DNA of 55,897 nucleotides from Pseudomonadota bacterium (GTDB lineage Bacteria; Bdellovibrionota_F; JAHFAK01; JBDREC01): NCBI GenBank assembly GCA_043820105.1, contig JBDREC010000081.1, positions 1 to 55,897 of the forward strand, read 5' to 3'. Shown piece by piece: positions 28,389 to 36,003 of this stretch (position 1 is its first letter; each line of letters starts with the position of its first letter). The notes under the pieces were generated by a model. It saw only the letters and a program-made list of their open reading frames with translations, ran no database searches and was not told where the DNA came from. The position numbers and the translations under genes were made by a program.

Positions 28389-28404
28389 TGCATTTTATGT
28401 GCCA
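28389..28404 (-). promoter_or_regulatory. sigma54 promoter upstream of ferritin
   Basis: Minus strand TGGCACATAAAATGCA (GG-N10-GC). Confidence 0.75.
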
Positions 28405-28488
28405 AAAGGTGTTGGATTTTCAACATATTGTATTTATTCACAATAAATATTTTTTTGGGATGGAATGATATCAATTCACTTTGTTTTA

Positions 28489-28504
28489 TGTTTCAAGTGA
28501 AACA
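28489..28504. promoter_or_regulatory. TGTTTCA-AG-TGAAACA palindrome (activator binding site or parS-like site)
   Basis: One mismatch from the parS consensus TGTTTCACGTGAAACA; gtgaaacattatt is repeated at 28520-28532; lies about 85 bp upstream of the ferritin sigma54 promoter. Confidence 0.55.
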
Positions 28505-28584
28505 TTATTAGGTAGATGAGTGAAACATTATTTTTATTAGCCTTAGCCGTAGGGGAAGGGGTATAATGGTGCTTGCGAAATTTA

Positions 28585-28632
28585 AATAATCAATAATCAA
28601 CAATCAATTTTCAATAATTAATAGTTAATAAT
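28585..28632. repeat. Single arm of the TTGAnnn/AATAATC family after the stop of the 28635-29102 gene
   Basis: aataatcaataatcaacaatcaattttcaataattaatagttaataat. Confidence 0.8.
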
Positions 28633-28634
28633 CA

Positions 28635-29102
28635 TTAGTTTTCTTTCATTATGTTGTCATCCCAAAGACGCTCAAAATAATTTTTATGTTCAGCTTCTTC
28701 ATTTGATAGCTGATTAAAAAGTGCTGACACATTTGCATCCTGTACTGAATTTGCAAGATCTGCATAGAGTTTTTGAGCAGCTAATTCCTTGTGCATTGCT
28801 AAGTTTACCAGATCTTGCATTGTCATATCTGCACTAGGTGCTTTATCAACAGTATAATTTGCTATTTTTAAATCTTCTACTTCTTTTTTATCAGCTGCAA
28901 TGAGAGTTGCTAAATTAATATTCATAAGCTTATTTTTATGACCTTTTTCCATATCAGCTATTTTAACAAGCTCATCAACTATAGGTTGAGAAGTGACTTT
29001 GGAAGCAAGGTCCATATAAAAATCAACAGCTTCCTGTTCCTTGTCAATCGCAAAATTTATGCAAGCCTTGATATTTTCTAGGTCAAAATTATTGTTATCC
29101 AT
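28635..29102 (-). CDS. Rubrerythrin-like ferritin family protein lacking the rubredoxin domain
   Basis: AIDKEQEAVDFY, EKGH, AMHKELAA..LY and EAEHK motifs. Confidence 0.9.
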   Translation of the reverse strand: MDNNNFDLENIKACINFAIDKEQEAVDFYMDLASKVTSQPIVDELVKIADMEKGHKNKLMNINLATLIAADKKEVEDLKIANYTVDKAPSADMTMQDLVNLAMHKELAAQKLYADLANSVQDANVSALFNQLSNEEAEHKNYFERLWDDNIMKEN

Positions 29103-29262
29103 TAAACATAACCTCCATATATTTTAGTTTTCTTGTTAACTAACCTGAAAACTTACTTGAGTCAAATTTTTTATTAATTAATGCATTTTTATATTGAAAA
29201 AACTCCGCATGTTATATATAGCATTATTAAAATATATAGATAAATGATAAATTGAGGTTATA

Positions 29263-29589
29263 ATGTCTAAAGGAAACAATAATTTAAATTTAATTCCCTT
29301 TGATGCTTTAGCAATGGCAGCTGAATGTTTGAAATGCATTGCTCATCCTCATAGATTAAGAATTATTGAACTACTACTTTTGGGAGAATTTAATGTTGAT
29401 CAGATTACTGAAAAAACAGGATTGTCACAGCCCGTAACCAGCGGGCACTTGAGATTAATGCATGGCAAAGGTTTGCTTGCAAGTGAAAGAAGAAATAGAT
29501 CTGTTTACTATAGTGTGAAAAACCCACAACTTAAAAATATTATTCAAAATATACGCTCTTCAGCTGGAACTTGTGTAGTAAATAATTAA
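29263..29589 (+). CDS. ArsR/SmtB family transcriptional regulator
   Basis: LKCIAHPHRLRII, SQPVTSGHL and VYYS motifs. Confidence 0.92.
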   Translation: MSKGNNNLNLIPFDALAMAAECLKCIAHPHRLRIIELLLLGEFNVDQITEKTGLSQPVTSGHLRLMHGKGLLASERRNRSVYYSVKNPQLKNIIQNIRSSAGTCVVNN

Positions 29590-29599
29590 GGAATATTTT

Positions 29600-30949
29600 A
29601 TGATTGAGATAGATAAATCAAAAATATTTAATACCTTTGTTGATCACATTTCAGACGGTATTTATGTTGTTGATAAAAACATGAAAATTGTTTTCATTAA
29701 TCAAAGGGCAAGACAGCTTTTTAACATAGATCCCGATGATTTCAGCATGATCGGAAAACATTGTCATGATTTCTCAAAAGGATTTCTCTGTTCTTTTACA
29801 GGTTCATTGTGTAAAACTGTAAAAGATGGCATAGAGTTTGAAAACATTCAAATTAAAGTAGTTATTGGAGATATAAAAGAAAAAATATTGTTACACTCCT
29901 CAAAAAAAATTCTTGATGGTGACAATAATATTATTGGAGCTATTTCTATAATTAAAGCTTTAATTAATACTGAAATCCTTTATACGGTTCTTCCTAATGA
30001 AATCGGATTCCAAAATATTATTGGTAAAAATATTAAAATGCTTGATATGTTCCATTCTATCAAACAAGTTGCCCCAACTGATGCTTCTGTTTTGTTGCTT
30101 GGAGAATCAGGAACAGGTAAGGAACTTGTTTGTGAAGCGATTCATAAGCTTTCAGCCAGAAAAGAAGGGCCACTGATAAAGATTAATTGTTCGGCTCTTT
30201 CGGAAAACATTTTAGAAAGTGAACTTTTTGGGCATGTTAAAGGAAGTTTCACAGGGGCTTTAAGAGACAAAGTCGGCAAGTTTGAACTTGCCCAATCCGG
30301 GACAATTTTTTTAGATGAGATAGGGGAAATTAACGATAAGGTTCAGATAAAGCTTTTAAGGGTTTTGCAGGAAAAGGAGATTGAAAAGGTTGGGGATAAT
30401 AAGACCATAAAAATTAATGCACGTATTATTGCTGCTACTAACAGAGATTTACGTAAGGCTTTAACTCAAAAATTTTTCAGGGAAGATCTTTATTACAGAT
30501 TAAGTGTCTTTCCCATTAGTGTTCCACCTTTAAGGCAGAGAATTGATGACATTGCTTATTTGACAGAGCATTTAATCAGAAAATATGCAAAAATACATAA
30601 TAAAAATATTATTATTCCATTGTCAATTCAGGATATTTTTAAAAGATATTCCTGGCCCGGAAACGTCAGACAGCTTGAGCATACTATTGAATACGCTATA
30701 ATCAAAAGTAAAGATGAAACCATTACCTTTAATGATTTGCCTTCTGATATTACTGAGTCAGGTCAATTGTTTTTATCAAAAGAGGAAAATAATCCTGAAA
30801 ATTATCCTGATGCTGACGAGTCAAAGGTTTTAATGGCTTTAGAACAATTCAAATGGAATAAATCTCGTACCGCACAAAGTCTTGGAATAGGTAGGACGAC
30901 CCTTTGGAGGCTAATGAAAAAATATGAAATTGAAGATAATGATAAATAA
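29600..30949 (+). CDS. PAS-domain sigma54-dependent transcriptional activator
   Basis: PAS domain, GESGTGKE, ESELFGH.KGSFTGA, FLDEIG, WPGNVRQL and Fis-type HTH. Confidence 0.95.
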   Translation: MIEIDKSKIFNTFVDHISDGIYVVDKNMKIVFINQRARQLFNIDPDDFSMIGKHCHDFSKGFLCSFTGSLCKTVKDGIEFENIQIKVVIGDIKEKILLHSSKKILDGDNNIIGAISIIKALINTEILYTVLPNEIGFQNIIGKNIKMLDMFHSIKQVAPTDASVLLLGESGTGKELVCEAIHKLSARKEGPLIKINCSALSENILESELFGHVKGSFTGALRDKVGKFELAQSGTIFLDEIGEINDKVQIKLLRVLQEKEIEKVGDNKTIKINARIIAATNRDLRKALTQKFFREDLYYRLSVFPISVPPLRQRIDDIAYLTEHLIRKYAKIHNKNIIIPLSIQDIFKRYSWPGNVRQLEHTIEYAIIKSKDETITFNDLPSDITESGQLFLSKEENNPENYPDADESKVLMALEQFKWNKSRTAQSLGIGRTTLWRLMKKYEIEDNDK

Positions 30950-30980
30950 AGTTAGTTCAAATATATAGAAAGGTAATATA

Positions 30981-31871
30981 ATGGATTTAGAAGGTATAAG
31001 CAAGATAACCAAGGATATTATTGATACCTATGAAAAATTTGGCGGTGTAAATAGAATTGATAGGGAAAATTTGCCTTCTCCAACCCAGGTGATTAAGTTG
31101 CTTAAAAAAATACATACTCTTTTATTTCCAGGTATTTTAGGTGAACAAGTTCCAGGAAAGGGCAATATTTATTTTTTCATTCAATCCCTGCTTGATAATA
31201 TTTATCTTGATCTGCAGGAACAAATTAAAAAGTGTGTTAAATTTAGATGTAAAATGGATAACTGTGATTCCAGGGCTTGCCAGCAATTGGCTGAAACTTA
31301 TAGCCAAAACCTTCTAAATAAGCTTCCGGAAATTAGGCAACTTCTTAAATTGGATATACAGGCAGCTTATGATGGTGATCCTGCTGTAAAATATGATGAA
31401 GAGATTATTATGTGCTACCCAAGCATCAAGGCACTTGCTACTCATAGGATTTCACACGAGCTTTATAAGATGGAGATCCCATTAATGCCTAGAATTATGT
31501 CAGAATGGGCACATAGTGCAACAGGTATTGATATTAATCCAGGAGCCTGTATCGGAAAAAACTTTTTCATGGACCATGGTACAGGTATTGTTATTGGTGA
31601 AACCTGCAAAATTGGTGACCATGTTAAAATCTACCAAGGCGTGACTTTAGGCGCTCTTTCTTTTAAAAAGGATAAAGATGGAAGGGTTAAAAAGGGCGGA
31701 CAGCGCCATCCCACTATTGAAGATAATGTAACAATTTATGCTAACGCCACGATACTAGGTGGTAACACTATTATTGGAGATGGTTCTGTGATTGGAGCTA
31801 ATACGTGGGTTGTGAAATCAATACCAAAAGGAAGTCGAATAACAATAAGCGTTAACCAAGATCATGTTTAG
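30981..31871 (+). CDS. cysE: Serine O-acetyltransferase (long EpsC-type CysE)
   Basis: AAYDGDPA, TGIDINPGA, DHGTGIVIGET and RHPTIED motifs. Confidence 0.92.
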   Translation: MDLEGISKITKDIIDTYEKFGGVNRIDRENLPSPTQVIKLLKKIHTLLFPGILGEQVPGKGNIYFFIQSLLDNIYLDLQEQIKKCVKFRCKMDNCDSRACQQLAETYSQNLLNKLPEIRQLLKLDIQAAYDGDPAVKYDEEIIMCYPSIKALATHRISHELYKMEIPLMPRIMSEWAHSATGIDINPGACIGKNFFMDHGTGIVIGETCKIGDHVKIYQGVTLGALSFKKDKDGRVKKGGQRHPTIEDNVTIYANATILGGNTIIGDGSVIGANTWVVKSIPKGSRITISVNQDHV

Positions 31872-31931
31872 CAAACCTTCTTAAAATATATTTATACAAA
31901 AACTAAAATCTCAAAAGCTCGAATTTACAAG

Positions 31932-32123
31932 TTAAATATGATGTTTTTGTAAGTTTTCAAATGATCGATCATAGCTAAGTTCGCCTTCTTTTGTAAAAAA
32001 ACAAGCCGGATACTCTCCATTTTGTCTATGATATCGGACACATTCACAACAATTGTGTTTTCTTGAGCATGGTTCATATGTGCAATTGCAGCCAACAATC
32101 GCTTTATTATTATTACACTTCAT
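31932..32123 (-). CDS. Small Cys-rich conserved hypothetical protein (DUF6485-like)
   Basis: CNCTYEPCSRK.NCCEC..YH....EYPACFF....E.SYDRS; AAGGA RBS. Confidence 0.75.
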   Translation of the reverse strand: MKCNNNKAIVGCNCTYEPCSRKHNCCECVRYHRQNGEYPACFFTKEGELSYDRSFENLQKHHI

Positions 32124-32306
32124 TTTCTTAAATCCTTTCAGATATTATTTACTATATGCTTAATATTAAAAGAAAAAATTAGCAAATAAAAATTTTATTT
32201 TTTATTCTTGACTTGATTATTTTTTTCTAATAGAAACTTTTTTCTTTCGGGTTAAAGTGTTTTTCAAATCATAAATATCATTGAAATCTAAGTTTATTTT
32301 TCTAAG

Positions 32307-32516
32307 TTATCCACAACTGTGGAAAAAGCATGCAATAAAAAAAAGGCTATAATACTAATTTTTTGCAATACCGGAAAACTCCCATTATATCAGCTGGTTC
32401 CGGGTTTATTGCTAAGTGATTAAATTTTATTCAATTTGGTAAAAGCCTTATCATTATTGAAAAAAATCCATTTTTACTATCATTTTTAAGCAATTTATCC
32501 ACACTTTTGTGGAAAA
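32307..32516. promoter_or_regulatory. DnaA-box cluster (two back-to-back pairs); candidate oriC or DnaA-titration locus
   Basis: TTATCCACA at 32307-32315 and 32495-32503, each followed by TGTGGAAAA (32318-32326, 32508-32516), within a roughly 560-bp AT-rich intergenic region. Confidence 0.7.
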
Positions 32517-32682
32517 CAATAAGTGGGCAAAAAATCACCATTAATTATAGCTAATAAGCTTTGGTTTTTAGATGATAAATACTACATTAAATGTTCAAAA
32601 AGGATTATAATTCTTTTGACAAAATACTAGATTTAATAAATATTGGTAGTCTTTAAGAGATTTTATTATAAATGGATTATTG

Positions 32683-32949
32683 ATGTTATTCTATTCTAAA
32701 CCCCAATTACTTGAATTTTCACATAAATCAAAAAGCCAATGTGTTTCTGGAACATCAGCAAGTCAAGATTCCTCATGTGATACTGGCACACATTTTGAAT
32801 TGTTTGGTGATTGTGATAATGGAAGTGGAAATGATGCTAGCTGTTTGCCAGGCGGAGCAGCGGGATCGTCTTGTTCAACTGGATATGGAAATGATAATGG
32901 CTGCTATGTTGGAAATGGCTGTGGTTCAGGGTCTAGTCCATCATTATAA
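32683..32949 (+). CDS. Putative RiPP precursor peptide: YxxPxL leader plus seven CxxG repeats
   Basis: YSKPQL followed by CVSG, CDTG, CDNG, CLPG, CSTG, CYVG and CGSG in a Gly/Ser/Asp-rich core. Confidence 0.7.
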   Translation: MLFYSKPQLLEFSHKSKSQCVSGTSASQDSSCDTGTHFELFGDCDNGSGNDASCLPGGAAGSSCSTGYGNDNGCYVGNGCGSGSSPSL

Positions 32950-33060
32950 TAATATTATTGCCAAATACCCTTCACTTTTCTTGACAGATCCATATAACTT
33001 AGGCTATATAGGCTTTTTTAAATAAACTTTGAAAAGAGGTGCAACATCGAATCTCGAGAA

Positions 33061-33450
33061 ATGGTATATTTCGCATATTTAAAAGCTGCAGAAAAAAACG
33101 CAATTGATCCTGTAATAATTGAAATTAGCAAACTATCAAGTATTGCTGATTATTTTTTAATTGTTAGTGCAGAATCTGATAGACAAGCAAAAGCCATTGC
33201 TGATGAAATCGCCAGTGGATTTAAGAAGGAAAAGAAAATTATGGCCTTAAGCATAGAAGGCCTGGAGGGCTTAAACTGGGTCTTATTAGACTATGGCCAA
33301 GTCATTGTTCATATTTTTCTTCCACACATTAGAGAATATTATAATCTTGAAAAACTTTGGGCAGATGCTCCCAGACTTGATATCAAGTCCCTGTCAAAAG
33401 AACTCGTTGTTAGAAAAGACATGTCAATCCGAAACGTTTCAACACCTTAA
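33061..33450 (+). CDS. rsfS: Ribosome silencing factor RsfS; true start may be ATC at 33046
   Basis: IADYFLIVSA.SDRQ, WVLLDYG.VIVHIF and REYYNLEKLWADA motifs. Confidence 0.94.
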   Translation: MVYFAYLKAAEKNAIDPVIIEISKLSSIADYFLIVSAESDRQAKAIADEIASGFKKEKKIMALSIEGLEGLNWVLLDYGQVIVHIFLPHIREYYNLEKLWADAPRLDIKSLSKELVVRKDMSIRNVSTP

Positions 33451-33509
33451 GTGTTTAATAATATAGCTTGTAAATTCAATATTAATTTTATATGTTTTTT
33501 TTACATTAA

Positions 33510-33543
33510 CCCGTGCCCGTGCCCGTTACCGTTACTGTTACCG
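33510..33543. repeat. Hexamer tract (CCCGTG/ACCGTT)n
   Basis: cccgtgcccgtgcccgttaccgttactgttaccg. Confidence 0.75.
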
Positions 33544-33593
33544 GCATCTGCAGCGAGCATATAAAAATAAAAACTTAATAAAGGTTTGAAAAT

Positions 33594-34154
33594 ATGAATA
33601 AAAAAATATTATTTATAGTTTTATTAATAAGCTTATTAATTAGCACTCTTTGTTTTCCTCACGCTACAAAATATAAAGAAAATTTAAAATTTTCTAGCTT
33701 AGTTAATGATGCTATAGAAATTGTTTATGCTGAATGCACTTTAATTAATAAAGACACACAAGATGGCCCTAGATTTGCTTACTACAATTTCAATGTAATC
33801 GAATCTTTAAAGGGAGACTTAGAAAGCAATGATAGCTTTACCTTAAAAATTATATATATTGGAATTTCAGCAAAAGACTCTTTGCCAGACTTTCAGCTTG
33901 GCCAGAAATACCATCTTTTCCTTAAGAAAAAACAAAAGATAAATGATGGCTATCCTTATCTATTGGCAGGTGGTTTTAATAGAGGGGTCATTAAGTCTTT
34001 AGAAAGCAGTGCTGCAGCTTATTTAAAGGCTTCTGCAAAATATAGTGCTTTCTCAAAAGAGGATCTTGAAAGTGTTTCTATTTTAAACGAATTATATAAA
34101 GAAGGTATAAGTTCAAGAAATCTTAAAGACTTAATTAGGAAATTAAATGATTAA
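33594..34154 (+). CDS. Secreted hypothetical protein, translationally coupled to the metalloprotease
   Basis: Signal peptide; overlaps the next start codon. Confidence 0.75.
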   Translation: MNKKILFIVLLISLLISTLCFPHATKYKENLKFSSLVNDAIEIVYAECTLINKDTQDGPRFAYYNFNVIESLKGDLESNDSFTLKIIYIGISAKDSLPDFQLGQKYHLFLKKKQKINDGYPYLLAGGFNRGVIKSLESSAAAYLKASAKYSAFSKEDLESVSILNELYKEGISSRNLKDLIRKLND

Positions 34155-35910
34155 ATTACAAATAAATAAAAAACTAAAATTGATTTTTTTTCTGTCTTTT
34201 TTATTCTTTATCTATTTTTCCAAACTTATCTTTTCTTTTGGCCTGCTTGATGCAAGAGAAGACGGCATTGTGCAACCTGGAATTTGGGAAAATGGAATAG
34301 TTGAAATTTATGTGACAGGAGATTTACCTGATCTTGACAATGAGATTGAGCTACTTGATGAAATTATTGAAGCATGGAATGATGTTGAAACCTCTGATAT
34401 TACTATTATCAATCATGGAGAATTAACTGATTCAACTATTGATCCGCTTGATCAAAGCGATGGGTATAATGTTGTTTATTTTGATGATGATGGATCTGTT
34501 ACAGAATCAATTGGTGGAGATGCAAATTCAATATTAGGCTTTGCCTATCCTTTTACTAATTCTTCAGAAACAGAAGCTTATTTTTATGATTCTGTGATTG
34601 TTCTAAATGGAACTTTGGTTGATGAAAGTTCATTTATTTCAACATTTTTACATGAATTTGGTCATTTGCTTGGCCTTGATCACACTGCCAATATTCCAGA
34701 AGATTCAGACTGGGAAGAATTATCAACAATGTTTTCATATAATCTTTCTTCTGAACAGTCGACTCTACACCGTGATGACGAAGCGGCTATTTCCGCGATT
34801 TACCCAAACGCAGCCTTTCATGAAGACTGGGGCGCTTTATCTGGTGTTGTTCAAGATGAATTTGGAATTCCACAATTTGGTGTAGCTGTAATAGCTTATG
34901 ATGCAACAACAGGACAACCAATAACTTCAACTTTAACAGGTATGCCTCTATATTTTTCTAGTTCATACGAAGTAGCTGGGCTTGGTAATTGGCTTTTACC
35001 AATTCCAAGTGAGCATCAAGTTATGCTAAAGTTAAAATGTGGACCGTGGGGACTTGATGGAAATATTATTGATGAAGCAGGAGGCTCTGGGATTGGTTCA
35101 GCAGATTTTGGGAAAATCAATGGTTATCTTGATAATCCTCTTGAAAGAGAGGGCTTTGATTTAGGATGCCCAGAAGAATGGTATCCAAATAATCCAACTG
35201 AACAAGGAGCTTATATAATTACAGTTGATGAAAATACAGTTAAAGAAGATATTAATTTTACCACCTGGTATGCCTACGATAACTCTATCAGAGTTTCTAT
35301 TTATACTGATTGTCCAGACAGGTTTGCATTATCAGTTTTAATTGGTGAAGACTACAGTGATCCTGATGCGACTATACTATTAACTCATGGTACTGATTCA
35401 GATGATGTTAATGTTTATTATGAGGCTGAAATTGATGATACATATGAATCTTATCTTCCACCTAGCAGTACACAAAAATGGTTTTTAAAGGTACAGGGCA
35501 ATATCTCTGCGTGTTCTTACAAAACCTTATTAAATTTTATGGTTAAACATGGCAATAATATTTATTTGCCAACTGACATTGCTGATTATCCAAAATCAAT
35601 TAGCACAGGCGCGAATTATTTTGAAATAGATGGATCTCAGGTTCTTACCTCAGCAACCGCCGTTCAGTTTGATAAAGAACTTACCTTTGAAGCTGCGCCA
35701 ACAACTGATACTACCTCTGATGTAACAGTTGGCGATATAGGTGAAACATCAGAAAATTCTGATGGAACTACCCAGACAACTAGTGGATGCATGGGATGTT
35801 TTATTGACTCAAAAGCAACAAGCAGCAAAAGTGATTTAATCTTTTATTTTCTATTATTTTTATCTATTTTTCTTATAAGAGTTTATCTTAAAAAAACGAA
35901 AATTGTTTAA
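34147..35910 (+). CDS. Matrixin-like (metzincin) metalloprotease with a C-terminal GC-containing sorting signal
   Basis: HEFGHLLGLDH, Met-turn STMF, Thr/Ser linker, SGCMGCFI, a TM helix and a basic tail. Confidence 0.85.
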   Translation: MIKLQINKKLKLIFFLSFLFFIYFSKLIFSFGLLDAREDGIVQPGIWENGIVEIYVTGDLPDLDNEIELLDEIIEAWNDVETSDITIINHGELTDSTIDPLDQSDGYNVVYFDDDGSVTESIGGDANSILGFAYPFTNSSETEAYFYDSVIVLNGTLVDESSFISTFLHEFGHLLGLDHTANIPEDSDWEELSTMFSYNLSSEQSTLHRDDEAAISAIYPNAAFHEDWGALSGVVQDEFGIPQFGVAVIAYDATTGQPITSTLTGMPLYFSSSYEVAGLGNWLLPIPSEHQVMLKLKCGPWGLDGNIIDEAGGSGIGSADFGKINGYLDNPLEREGFDLGCPEEWYPNNPTEQGAYIITVDENTVKEDINFTTWYAYDNSIRVSIYTDCPDRFALSVLIGEDYSDPDATILLTHGTDSDDVNVYYEAEIDDTYESYLPPSSTQKWFLKVQGNISACSYKTLLNFMVKHGNNIYLPTDIADYPKSISTGANYFEIDGSQVLTSATAVQFDKELTFEAAPTTDTTSDVTVGDIGETSENSDGTTQTTSGCMGCFIDSKATSSKSDLIFYFLLFLSIFLIRVYLKKTKIV

Positions 35911-36003
35911 TTCATATTGTTGACACTTTTGGCTAATTTTGTAAAAGGTGATTGCGTGCTTTATGAATGTAAGCTTTTAGCTTTGTTAGAAAGAGGTGAA
36001 GTT

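Noticed and set aside
32711-33025. Overlapping 104-aa ORF
   Set aside because: Off-frame shadow of the CxxG peptide, which has the coherent motif structure.
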